Under the pieces are notes generated by a model. That model had not been told where the DNA came from. It saw only the letters and a program-made list of their open reading frames with translations, and searched no databases. Made by a program: the position numbers and the translations under genes. From contig CATZIC010000001.1 in assembly GCA_958419945.1 (NCBI GenBank), positions 9,482 to 73,481 on the forward strand: 64,000 nt of DNA. The letters are read 5' to 3'. This DNA comes from an uncultured Clostridia bacterium (GTDB taxonomy: Bacteria; Bacillota; Clostridia; Christensenellales; Borkfalkiaceae). This document shows, piece after piece, positions 27,975-37,185 of this stretch; the first letter of the stretch is position 1, and each line of letters starts with the position of its first letter.

Positions 27975-28586
27975 TTAATAATCTTCGCTATCGTAATTCG
28001 TGTTTTGGACGGCACGGCTTCTTTCCTTTTGGGTTCTAAGTAGATACCCTTTTTGATCTTCGAAAAGCCCGTCCTGCTTTCTTGAAATAAGTACTATTAT
28101 CAAAGTGATAACTAAACTTAATAAATCCGAACTTAACGTCGCTATAAAAAGCTGCCAAAGGTTTACGCCTTTTAATATCGAGAGCAAAACCGACCTTCCG
28201 ATACAAACCGTCAGATATATTATTATCACGAAGATTCCGGAAAGGGTGAAACTGTCTCTTACCTTCTTCTTACCTAAAAAGTGGGTATATAAAAGGGATA
28301 AAAGTGCAAAGCAGTTACCGACCGAAAACCCGACGTACTGCAAAATATCGCCGTGAGAGGCAAGGCAGAAAACTATTCCGCCGAGCGCTAAATGTATCGC
28401 TGCTACAGCCCCCCAACGCATTATTACGAGCGCTGCCACCGTATACAGAAGGGAAACCGCAAAGTTTACGTTTATTAATTTATTTGATAAGGTTACCAAA
28501 ACGCCTTCAAGCACCGTGAAAATTACCGCAAACACGATTAAATCCATCGCCTTATACTGCTTGAAAGAGAGATTTTTTTGTGCCAT
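27975..28586 (-). CDS. Polytopic membrane protein, possibly an ECF-type substrate-capture (S) component
   Basis: About 6 hydrophobic segments and an about 200-aa size class; monocistronic with a structured leader. The family assignment is weak. Confidence 0.45.
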   Translation of the reverse strand: MAQKNLSFKQYKAMDLIVFAVIFTVLEGVLVTLSNKLINVNFAVSLLYTVAALVIMRWGAVAAIHLALGGIVFCLASHGDILQYVGFSVGNCFALLSLLYTHFLGKKKVRDSFTLSGIFVIIIYLTVCIGRSVLLSILKGVNLWQLFIATLSSDLLSLVITLIIVLISRKQDGLFEDQKGYLLRTQKERSRAVQNTNYDSEDY

Positions 28587-28613
28587 GAGAATATATCCCG
28601 TATAAGGTTTATT

Positions 28614-28653
28614 GCGGTTTTAGCATAAAACCGCAGATTGCCCCGGGGCAATC
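28614..28653 (-). promoter_or_regulatory. Two abutting hairpins in the leader of the 27975-28586 gene, one of them a perfect 18-bp palindrome
   Basis: GCGGTTTTA-GCA-TAAAACCGC (28614-28634) and GATTGCCCCGGGGCAATC (28636-28653). Confidence 0.6.
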
Positions 28654-28709
28654 TTAATTAAGTTGTTGACATTTTTGAGTGGTTTTCGAAAATTATCAAG
28701 CCGTACGGT

Positions 28710-28738
28710 TTGTAAATCACCTGTTTTTATGCTATAAT
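28710..28738 (+). promoter_or_regulatory. Promoter of the pectinesterase gene
   Basis: TTGTAA, 17-nt spacer, TGC-TATAAT (extended -10). Confidence 0.65.
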
Positions 28739-28789
28739 CTTCCAAAAAGCGGTCTTAGTTCGCTTTAAATTTTAACCGAGAGGCTTTTT

Positions 28790-29698
28790 ATGAAAACCAT
28801 TTATTGTACGCCGAATGATAATCTTCAGAAAGTTTTTGACGAGTTACAGCCGCACACCACCGTTTATCTTGGTAGCGGTAGATATTACGGAAAGTCTGTT
28901 CTTAAAGTCCCTTTCGTTACCATAATCGGTAGCGGTGATACGGTAATAACCTTTGACGATTACGCGCGTAGAACGGATGAAAACGGTGTCGAGATAGGAA
29001 CGTTTCAAAGTTTTACCCTGTGCGTGACGTCTAGTAACGTTACTTTGAAAAACCTTACCGTGGAAAACACTGCGAGAAGTCCCGAAAAGTTAGGCCAAGA
29101 GGTTGCGCTTTCCGTTTACGGCAACAGATTTACCGCGGAAAACTGCAAGTTTTCTTCCACGCAGGACACCCTGTTTTTAGGGCCGCTGCCCGACGACCTT
29201 GTGGTAAGATACGACGGATTTTTGCCGGACTATTTAAGGTACTACGAGGGGCAAACCTATCAGAAGTTTATATCCTGTGAAATATCAGGCACGGTGGACT
29301 TCATTTTCGGCTGCGGCAACGCTTTGTTTTCTAAATGCGATATAATTTCCGTAAACGATAACCGTGATATAGGTTACGTTGCTGCGCCCGCACATCACCT
29401 AGCCTGCGACGTGGGATTCGTGTTTAACGAATGCCGACTAATCTCTCGTGATGCGCCGACCGTGTATCTTGCAAGGCCTTGGCGGGACTTTGGTAAAGCC
29501 GTTTATATAAACTGTAGTTACCAAGATCATATTGCAGATCAAGGATTTATAAATTGGAACGATACCTATCGTGAAAAAACCGCAAGGTTTTATGAATTCA
29601 CGCCCGAAAAACTTTCCCGTCCCAAGTGGACACACACGCTTACAAAGAAGCAATCCGTGGAATTTTTAAATGCCGTCAAAAAGCATTTCGAGTTTTAA
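28790..29698 (+). CDS. Pectinesterase (CE8), cytoplasmic form
   Basis: STQDTLF, GTVDFIFG and YLARPW motifs of CE8; no signal peptide. Confidence 0.9.
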   Translation: MKTIYCTPNDNLQKVFDELQPHTTVYLGSGRYYGKSVLKVPFVTIIGSGDTVITFDDYARRTDENGVEIGTFQSFTLCVTSSNVTLKNLTVENTARSPEKLGQEVALSVYGNRFTAENCKFSSTQDTLFLGPLPDDLVVRYDGFLPDYLRYYEGQTYQKFISCEISGTVDFIFGCGNALFSKCDIISVNDNRDIGYVAAPAHHLACDVGFVFNECRLISRDAPTVYLARPWRDFGKAVYINCSYQDHIADQGFINWNDTYREKTARFYEFTPEKLSRPKWTHTLTKKQSVEFLNAVKKHFEF

Positions 29699-29714
29699 CT
29701 TAACAAATTGTCTT

Positions 29715-29738
29715 AAGCGGAATTCTTTCCGCTTTTTT
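29715..29738 (+). terminator. Terminator of the pectinesterase gene
   Basis: AAGCGG..CCGCTT stem followed by TTTTTT. Confidence 0.65.
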
Positions 29739-29765
29739 ATTTTGCGAAAAATAATGATTAAACGA

Positions 29766-29946
29766 ATTATTGAAGTTCGCAAGCGAACGACAAACCTTCA
29801 GGCTCTACGAGCCAGCTCCCTTTACACAAAGGAGCCAAACAAGGATTTAAAATAATTATTATAATTTCCTGGATTGCCGCGGAGCTAACGCTCCTCGCAA
29901 TGACGGGGAAAATATAGCGATAACGGGCTTATAGGCGGACTTGTTT
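29766..29946 (+). repeat. Composite repeat M3 (29766-29866) + M2 (29868-29906) + M1 (29917-29946)
   Basis: GTTCGC-AA-GCGAAC; GGCTC-TAC-GAGCC; AGCTCCCTTTACACAAAGGAGCC; CCTGGATTGCCGC-GGAGC-TAAC-GCTCC-TCGCAATGACGG; GCGATAACGGGCTTATAGGCGGAC. It ends at the uxaC stop codon. Confidence 0.88.
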
Positions 29947-31341
29947 CTATTTTGTAAAATATTTTACTGCGTTGTTGTAGCAAATATCTTCCACTATTTT
30001 ACCGACGAATTCCACATTATTCGGGTACTCACCGTTTTCGATAAGGGTACCTAATTTGTTACACAAAATTCTTCTGAAATACTCGTGGCGGGTGTAGGAA
30101 AGAAAACTTCTGCTATCCGTCAGCATACCGACAAATTTACTGATTAAACCCACCTGCATCAAGGATTCCATCTGCCTTGACATACCATCCTTTTGATCGT
30201 TGAACCACCAAGCGGAACCGAACTGAATTTTTCCGGTAATACCACCTTGCTGGAAACAGTTCATCATGGTTGCGATAACCTCGTTATCACGTGGGTTAAG
30301 GCAATAAAGTATGGTTTTGGGTAGTTGGTCGTTTATATCTAAATTATCAAGTATTTTGCCGAGTTTTTTTGCAAAAGGCTGATCCTCTATAGAGTCGAAA
30401 CCGCAGTCGGGGCCGAGAGTCTTCATATAGCGTGTGGAGTTGTTCCTTAATGCGCCGATATGATACTGCTGTACCCATTTGTGTGCGTGGTACTGTTTGC
30501 CGAGGAATATAAGGACGTATCCTTTATATTTTTCAACTTCGGTTCGGGAAAGCCTTTCGCCCGAAAGCGCCTTTTTAAGAATTTGGTCAACTTCGGCTTC
30601 GGTTGCGTCTTCGTACATAACTACGTCAAGCGCATGGTCGGAGCAAACACAACCTACGCTGTCGAAGTAATCGATTCTATTTTTTAAAGCCTCGCACAAA
30701 GTCTTTATGCCGTCAATCTTTACGCCCGCAGCCTCTCCGAGACTTTCTATATAAGACCTAAACCAATCAAGTTCGATATTGATGGCTTTGTCGGGTCTGA
30801 ATGCGGTCATGACCTCCGTTTTAAAGGTGGAATCTTCCTTTAAAAGTTTGTGCCATTTAAGGTCGTCGATAGGATCTTCGGTAGTGAAAATCTTTTTGAC
30901 GTTACTCATTTCGATAAGTTTACGTGCGGTAAGTGTTTTTAACTTTTCGTTTGCTTTCACGTAAATCTTATCCGCCGTTTCCGGTGATAGAATATCATAG
31001 ATACCGAAAAATCTTCTTAATTCGAGATGAGTCCAATGATATATGGGATTGCCGATGGTGTAAGGAATTACTTCGGCATACTTACGGAATTTTTCGACGT
31101 CGCTTTTGTCGCCCGTAATATAACTTTCGTCCACGCCGATTTCACGCATAAGGCGCCATTTGTAATGGTCTCCGCCAAGCCAAACTTCGGTTATGGAGCG
31201 GAATTTTTTATCTTCGTAAATTTCACGGCAACTTAAGTGACAGTGAAAGTCGAAAATGGGCATTTTTTCCGCATAATCGTGGTAAAGTGTCTTTGCGGTA
31301 TCGTTATCGAGAATAAAATCTTTGTCTAAAAATTCCTTCAT
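29947..31341 (-). CDS. uxaC: Glucuronate/galacturonate isomerase
   Basis: N-terminus ..LYHDYAEKMPIFDFHCHL.. closely resembles UxaC; about 465 aa. Confidence 0.92.
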   Translation of the reverse strand: MKEFLDKDFILDNDTAKTLYHDYAEKMPIFDFHCHLSCREIYEDKKFRSITEVWLGGDHYKWRLMREIGVDESYITGDKSDVEKFRKYAEVIPYTIGNPIYHWTHLELRRFFGIYDILSPETADKIYVKANEKLKTLTARKLIEMSNVKKIFTTEDPIDDLKWHKLLKEDSTFKTEVMTAFRPDKAINIELDWFRSYIESLGEAAGVKIDGIKTLCEALKNRIDYFDSVGCVCSDHALDVVMYEDATEAEVDQILKKALSGERLSRTEVEKYKGYVLIFLGKQYHAHKWVQQYHIGALRNNSTRYMKTLGPDCGFDSIEDQPFAKKLGKILDNLDINDQLPKTILYCLNPRDNEVIATMMNCFQQGGITGKIQFGSAWWFNDQKDGMSRQMESLMQVGLISKFVGMLTDSRSFLSYTRHEYFRRILCNKLGTLIENGEYPNNVEFVGKIVEDICYNNAVKYFTK

Positions 31342-31351
31342 ACTCCCTTCT

Positions 31352-32836
31352 TTACAGGGTTACGCCCGTCTTAAACAGGGCTATTTCCCTAGTGTTGTTT
31401 ATTTCGTTTCTTGTTTTTTCACCGCTTGCAACCAAGCAAACGTAACTAATAAGCTCGTTTAATTTGTCCGTAAATTCCACACCTTCGGCAATGTCGCCAG
31501 CGTTAAAGTCAATCCAATTCTTCTTATTTTTGTAAAGTTCTGAATTGGTGGAAATTTTAACGGTTGGAACCATTCCGCCGAAAGGGGTTCCTCTACCCGT
31601 CGTGAACAGCACCATATGGCAGCCTGCGGCGGCTAAATTTGTAACCGCAACCATGTCGTTGCCCGGGCCGTTTAAAAGGTTAAGACCTCTTTCCAGAACA
31701 CTTCCGCCGTCGAAAACAACCCCGTTAACGGTACTATAGCCCGACTTTTGGGTGCAGCCCAAGGATTTATCTTCTAAGGTTGTGATGCCGCCGGCTTTGT
31801 TTCCGGGCGACGGGTTTTCGTAACACGGTTGGTTGTTCGATGCGTAGTAATGCTTAAAGTTATTTATAAGTTTTACTATATCCGAAAAGGTGTCTTCGTC
31901 CTTTGCCCTTGCCATAAGCAGGGTTTCCGCACCGAACATTTCGGGGACTTCGGTTAAAACCGTAGTGCCGTTTATGGAAGCCATATAATCGGAAAATCTA
32001 CCTAAAAGCGGGTTTGCGGTTATTCCGGACAAGCCGTCGGAACCTCCGCATTTCAGACCTATTTTAAGTTCATTTAGGCTCACCTTTTCACGCTTATCTT
32101 CTTTTGCAACAGCGTAAAGTTTTTCAAGGCGAATTACGCCTTCTTCTATTTCGTCCGAAACCTCTTGAGCGACTAAAAATGATACACGACTCTTATCAAA
32201 GTCCCCCAAAGTTTCTATAAATTGGTCCATGCGGTTGTTTTCGCAGCCCAGCCCGAGCACTAAAACGCCGCCTGCGTTCGGGTGTTTGACCATTTGTTGA
32301 AGCAGTCTTTTTGTTCTTTCGTGATCCTCGCCCACCTGCGAACAGCCGTAGGGGTGAGTAAATGCAAAAGCTCCGTCAATGCCTTCTAAATCGCCGTGAA
32401 TTTTGTTGAAACGGTTTACGATTTCCTTTGCCTGTGCGTTTACGCAACCGACGGTAGGAATAACCCAAAGTTCGTTTCTTATGCCCACCTGCCCGTTTTT
32501 ACGCCTGTAAGCGTTTACAAAAGGCGGGTTTTCTACGTGGCTTATGATGGGATTCGTAGGATTATATGAATATGAAAGTTCGCCGTCTAAATTTGTTTTA
32601 AGGTTGTGAAGGTGTACGTGCGCGCCGACCGTAATATCCTCGGTTGCGTGCCCGATTACTTCACCGTACTTTATAACCTTTTCACCTGCTTTTATAGGCT
32701 TTGTGGCAAACTTGTGTCCTCTTTTAATATCTTCCGAAAGGGTTACGCCCTCTATGGTTTCACCTTTTTTTAGGTCGCAAAGGGCAACCGAGACGTTATC
32801 GCTTTCGGCAATGTGTATGGATTTACGGGTAATCAT
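31352..32836 (-). CDS. uxaA: Altronate dehydratase
   Basis: N-terminal SAF domain plus the large UxaA/GarD dehydratase domain; about 495 aa; ATGA overlap with uxaB. Confidence 0.88.
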   Translation of the reverse strand: MITRKSIHIAESDNVSVALCDLKKGETIEGVTLSEDIKRGHKFATKPIKAGEKVIKYGEVIGHATEDITVGAHVHLHNLKTNLDGELSYSYNPTNPIISHVENPPFVNAYRRKNGQVGIRNELWVIPTVGCVNAQAKEIVNRFNKIHGDLEGIDGAFAFTHPYGCSQVGEDHERTKRLLQQMVKHPNAGGVLVLGLGCENNRMDQFIETLGDFDKSRVSFLVAQEVSDEIEEGVIRLEKLYAVAKEDKREKVSLNELKIGLKCGGSDGLSGITANPLLGRFSDYMASINGTTVLTEVPEMFGAETLLMARAKDEDTFSDIVKLINNFKHYYASNNQPCYENPSPGNKAGGITTLEDKSLGCTQKSGYSTVNGVVFDGGSVLERGLNLLNGPGNDMVAVTNLAAAGCHMVLFTTGRGTPFGGMVPTVKISTNSELYKNKKNWIDFNAGDIAEGVEFTDKLNELISYVCLVASGEKTRNEINNTREIALFKTGVTL

Positions 32837-34278
32837 GCTATACTTCCGTCAAGAAAATGCTTTAAAGCCGTCCTCATTCCGTTTACGCACATATCTTCTA
32901 TGTAGCGTGCAACGAGTTTGACGTTTTCCTCTCCGTCAAGTTTGATTTGCCAGATATCTTCACGAGAAAGAGCGGCTTTTGCAATCGACGTATAGTCGGT
33001 GTTTTGCCAAACCTGTTTCCAAAATTCCAAAAATTCCGGATTGTCGCTAAGCTTAATATCTTCTTCACCGCGTTTTCCTTTGTAGAAAACGGTCATTGCA
33101 GAAAAAGAAAACAGTATGGTTTCGGGAACTTTGTTAAACTTTTCGATGTAATCGGCATAAGTGCCCAAAAGACGGGTTCTGAACTTCGTAGTGGAATTTA
33201 ATGCGATAGACATGAGTTCATGTCTTATATACGGGTTTTCAAACCTTTCAAGCACGCTGCCACCGAACTTTTTACTTTCCGCTTCCGGAAGTTTGACGGT
33301 AGGTGCGATGGTTTCAAACATAAGTTTTTGGACGAACCTTTTTACGTCGGGATCGGTTACGCTTTCTCTTACGGTGTCGATACCGCACATATACGCAACC
33401 GGAACCATGCCCGTGTGTGCGCCGTTTAAAAGTTTAACCTTTCTTTCTTTATAAGGCTTGATATCGGGTACGAAAAGTACGTTAAGCCCCGTTTTGTCCG
33501 CAGGAAGAACCTTTTGAATCGTTGGCTCCTCTTTTAAAACCCATAAGTGGAAGGCTTCGGCCTTTACAACGTTGTTGTCGATAAAGCCCGTTTCTTCGTA
33601 GATTTCCGAAACAGTGTCTTTCGGGAAGCCCGGAACGATTCTGTCAACCAAAGTATCGGTATAATGGTTTGCGGATGTTAGCCATTCGTCAAATTTTTTG
33701 TCGTTATATACAGTAGCCGAAAGTTTTAATAAAATCTTTTTAAGTTCCGTACCGTTGTTATCGATAAGTTCGCACGGGATTATGCAAAGTCCTTTTTCAA
33801 AATCTCCGTTAAAGTGAAGGTATCTTGCATGAAGTAAGGAAAGAAGTTTTCCGGGGAAAGATTTCGGACAGACGGTAAAGTCTGTGTCTGTTTCGTCAAA
33901 GGCAATACCCGCCTCCGTCGTGTTGGAAATTATAACCTGTAAATCCTCGCTTTCGGCGTACTTTAAATACTCTTCATATTGGGTGAAAGGATTGATAAAG
34001 TCGCCCAATAGGTCGATTATTTGCCTTGTTTTTACTTTTTCGCCATCAATAAGACCTTCAAGACAAATGGTGTAAAGTCCGTCCTGTTTGCGAAGTTCTT
34101 CAACCCTACCGAAAGGCATGGGCTGCACGACTACGACGTTTGAATTTATTGCGCCTTTATCGTTAAGGTCCTGCAAAATCCATTCCACGAAAGCCCTTAA
34201 AAAGTTGCCTTCGCCGAACTGCATTATTTTAATTGGTCTTTTTGTCGTTTTGTAATTTTCAGCGTTTAATTGCAACAT
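32833..34278 (-). CDS. uxaB: Tagaturonate reductase (altronate oxidoreductase)
   Basis: ..IMQFGEGNFLRAFVEWILQDLN.. is typical of UxaB/mannitol dehydrogenase family proteins; operon context. Confidence 0.85.
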   Translation of the reverse strand: MLQLNAENYKTTKRPIKIMQFGEGNFLRAFVEWILQDLNDKGAINSNVVVVQPMPFGRVEELRKQDGLYTICLEGLIDGEKVKTRQIIDLLGDFINPFTQYEEYLKYAESEDLQVIISNTTEAGIAFDETDTDFTVCPKSFPGKLLSLLHARYLHFNGDFEKGLCIIPCELIDNNGTELKKILLKLSATVYNDKKFDEWLTSANHYTDTLVDRIVPGFPKDTVSEIYEETGFIDNNVVKAEAFHLWVLKEEPTIQKVLPADKTGLNVLFVPDIKPYKERKVKLLNGAHTGMVPVAYMCGIDTVRESVTDPDVKRFVQKLMFETIAPTVKLPEAESKKFGGSVLERFENPYIRHELMSIALNSTTKFRTRLLGTYADYIEKFNKVPETILFSFSAMTVFYKGKRGEEDIKLSDNPEFLEFWKQVWQNTDYTSIAKAALSREDIWQIKLDGEENVKLVARYIEDMCVNGMRTALKHFLDGSIA

Positions 34279-34322
34279 AATTACTCCTGCAAATTCGTAC
34301 CGTAAAGTCTAAAATTTGAAAA

Positions 34323-35423
34323 CTATTGATTGATGGTTTCGATTACTTCTTCGGTTTCCTTGTCGAACACGTATACGTTTTTATAGGGAATTGCGAAAGT
34401 AAAGGAAGAATCAATTTTCGGCGTGTCGTGCGGGTCAACTTTTAATATGGATTTAATGCCGTTTATATCGGCGTATACATTGGTGTTGTCCCCTAAAAGT
34501 TCGGTAAGTTCCACGGTGGAATTTAATACGTATGCATCAGTTTCCTCGCCGTTGGATAGTTTAATGGATTCCGGACGGAAGCCGAAAATCATTTCTTTGT
34601 CCTGATATTTTTGTAAAGTTTCTTTTGATAAAACTTTCGAAATGTCAAGTTCGTTGCCGTTAAAAGTGAATTTTTCGTTTTTAACCGTGCCGGTTATAAA
34701 GTTCATCGGGGGCTCCCCAATAAAGCCTGCGACGAAAACGTTTACCGGTTTAAAATACAGTTCGTAAGGGGTGCCGACCTGCTGAATATAGCCGTCTTTC
34801 ATAACGACTATTCTGTCCGCCATTGTCATAGCCTCGGTTTGGTCGTGGGTTACGTAAATGGTGGTAGCGCCGGTTGCGCGGTGAATCTGAGTTATCTCGG
34901 AACGCATGGTAACACGCTGTTTTGCGTCGAGGTTTGATAAAGGTTCGTCCATTAAAAAGACGCCGACCTTTCTTATTATTGCACGGCCGACCGCAACCCT
35001 TTGGCGTTGACCGCCGGAGAGTGCACGGGGTTTTCTGTCAAGATAATCGGTAAGACCGAGAATTTCCGCCGTAGCTTTAACCCTTTCTTCGATAACGTCC
35101 TCGTCAATGCCTTGTAAGGTAAGACTAAACGCCAGGTTATCGTATACCGACATATGCGGATATAAGGCGTAACTTTGGAAAACCATTGCTATTCCCCTTT
35201 CCCTGGGTCCCTTGTCGTTGCAATATTCGCCGTCTATGTAAAAATCGCCTTTACTGATTTGCTCTAAACCTGCGATCATACGAAGGGTGGTGGACTTTCC
35301 GCAACCGGAAGGCCCTACGAAAACGATAAACTCACCTTTTTCGATTTCAAGGTTGAAGTTATGTACGGCGTGGAAACCGTTGGGGTATATTTTGTTTATG
35401 TCTTTCAAAGCAAGATATGACAT
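34323..35423 (-). CDS. Second sugar ABC importer ATP-binding protein (MsmX/MalK-like), with no permease partner in its operon
   Basis: Walker A GPSGCGKST, LSGGQRQRVA, MalK-type C-terminal domain. Confidence 0.9.
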   Translation of the reverse strand: MSYLALKDINKIYPNGFHAVHNFNLEIEKGEFIVFVGPSGCGKSTTLRMIAGLEQISKGDFYIDGEYCNDKGPRERGIAMVFQSYALYPHMSVYDNLAFSLTLQGIDEDVIEERVKATAEILGLTDYLDRKPRALSGGQRQRVAVGRAIIRKVGVFLMDEPLSNLDAKQRVTMRSEITQIHRATGATTIYVTHDQTEAMTMADRIVVMKDGYIQQVGTPYELYFKPVNVFVAGFIGEPPMNFITGTVKNEKFTFNGNELDISKVLSKETLQKYQDKEMIFGFRPESIKLSNGEETDAYVLNSTVELTELLGDNTNVYADINGIKSILKVDPHDTPKIDSSFTFAIPYKNVYVFDKETEEVIETINQ

Positions 35424-35480
35424 GATTTTCTCTCTCTCGGTTTATTTTATTGTTATAGTATAAAACGATTGGGTCTTAAA

Positions 35481-36317
35481 TTATTTGAGTTCGGAATTTT
35501 TTATTCCGTCCATATCGGTAAAGGTCTGGTTTTCACCGCACATGCCCCAAATAAAGGTGTATCCTCTTGTGCCGACGCCGCTATGAATGGACCAACTCGG
35601 CGAAATAACCGCCTGTTCGTTGTGCATCATAATGTGTCTCGTTTCTTCTTTCGTGCCCATAAGGTGAACGACGAAATCTTCGGGACCTAAGCCAAAGTAA
35701 AGATATACTTCCATACGTCTTTCGTGGGTGTGGCAAGGCATTGTGTTCCAAACGCTTGTGGGGTCGAGTTCGGTCATACCCATAACGAGTTGACAGGATT
35801 TGCATACTGCCGGATGAACGTATTGGTTTATTACCCTTTTGTTTACGTTTTCAGCCTCTCCGCAAGCAACGTGATTTGCCTTTTCCTTGGTTATGATAAC
35901 CGTTTCGTATTTGTGGTGAGCAGGGGCGGAATTTATATAAAATTTAGCGGGATTAGATTTGTCCAAAGAAGTGAACAAAACCTCTTTCGTGCCCATGCCT
36001 ACGTATAAACCGTCTGTTTTATCTAACGTGTAAGCCTTTCCGTCAAGGATAACTTCCCCTTTGCCGCCGATATTTATTATACCCATTTCCCTTCTTTCGA
36101 GGAAATAGTCGGAACCTAATTCCTTTGTAGCCTCAAGTGCGAGTTTTTCATCGACCGGCATTGCGCCGCCTGCGATTATTCTGTCCTGATGGGAATAGGT
36201 CAATAAAATCTGATCTTTATCGAAAACCTTTTCTATAAGATATTTACTGCGTAACTCTTCCGTGTCGTAATGCTTACTGTCGTCGGGATGATTAGCATAT
36301 CTGATATCTAATTTCAT
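35481..36317 (-). CDS. kduI: 5-dehydro-4-deoxy-D-glucuronate isomerase
   Basis: About 278 aa; N-terminal ..RYANHPDDSKHYDTEELRSKYLIEKVF.. parallels KduI; cupin. Confidence 0.88.
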   Translation of the reverse strand: MKLDIRYANHPDDSKHYDTEELRSKYLIEKVFDKDQILLTYSHQDRIIAGGAMPVDEKLALEATKELGSDYFLERREMGIINIGGKGEVILDGKAYTLDKTDGLYVGMGTKEVLFTSLDKSNPAKFYINSAPAHHKYETVIITKEKANHVACGEAENVNKRVINQYVHPAVCKSCQLVMGMTELDPTSVWNTMPCHTHERRMEVYLYFGLGPEDFVVHLMGTKEETRHIMMHNEQAVISPSWSIHSGVGTRGYTFIWGMCGENQTFTDMDGIKNSELK

Positions 36318-36332
36318 ATTTAATTATAAACC

Positions 36333-37172
36333 TCACAAACTACTTAACTTTTTATAAATGAAATCTACCGCAAACGGAATATCTTCGCCTGTCGTTCCTT
36401 CCAAAACGAGTTTTGCGGAAGGATTATATGACGCGATAAAGCCTAAAATTTTGTCGTAGTCGAAAATTCCCTTTCCGACCCCGCATTGACGAAGTTTTCC
36501 GTCTTCTATAACGCAGTCTTTAATGTGGAAAACACGGATTTTGTTGCCAAAGGTTTTTAAGCCGTGTTTTAGAATTTCATACCTATCGTCAATATTCGAT
36601 ATATCCAAATAATTATATAAGTCGAAAATAATGCCGATATTGTCCGCACCGATTTTTTCGGTTGCAAATTTCAGTCTGTCAACGTCGTATAAAACGTGAC
36701 CGTAGGCGCCTTCCATGCCGATATACGCACCGTAGCTTTGGGCTGTTTTTGAAAGCCTTGTAAAAACTTCCGTAACCCTATTAAGCGCTCTTTCCGTGCG
36801 ATTTTCGGGATTATAGGTCCACTTATCGTCGTTATAAGAGCCGGATTCCGACCCCACGATATCGCAACCTAAATACTTAGTTAGCCTAAGATAATCTTCA
36901 AAAACGGCAATACCGTTTTCCACCTTTTCGGGATTGGAATGAACGGGGTTAAAGTAGGCGCCGATGAGTGCTACCTTTTTATTTTCACGCTTAAAAACGT
37001 CGGAAAATTTTTCGGCACGCTCCTTTGTTATAGAGCCCGGTTGATACTTTACGTCTTCTAAACACTTGTATGCGACGAGTTGTACGCCGGAAAGCTTGTA
37101 GGCGTTAAGGCTTTTAACGATATTCTCTTCGCCGAAAACCTTTAAATCGTGCGCCCTTATGTATAATTCCAT
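36333..37172 (-). CDS. Sugar phosphate isomerase/epimerase (xylose-isomerase-like TIM barrel), function unknown
   Basis: Size and general pattern of the AP-endonuclease-2/xylose isomerase-like TIM family. Embedded between kduI and kdgK. Confidence 0.6.
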   Translation of the reverse strand: MELYIRAHDLKVFGEENIVKSLNAYKLSGVQLVAYKCLEDVKYQPGSITKERAEKFSDVFKRENKKVALIGAYFNPVHSNPEKVENGIAVFEDYLRLTKYLGCDIVGSESGSYNDDKWTYNPENRTERALNRVTEVFTRLSKTAQSYGAYIGMEGAYGHVLYDVDRLKFATEKIGADNIGIIFDLYNYLDISNIDDRYEILKHGLKTFGNKIRVFHIKDCVIEDGKLRQCGVGKGIFDYDKILGFIASYNPSAKLVLEGTTGEDIPFAVDFIYKKLSSL

Positions 37173-37185
37173 GTTTTAACTTTTA

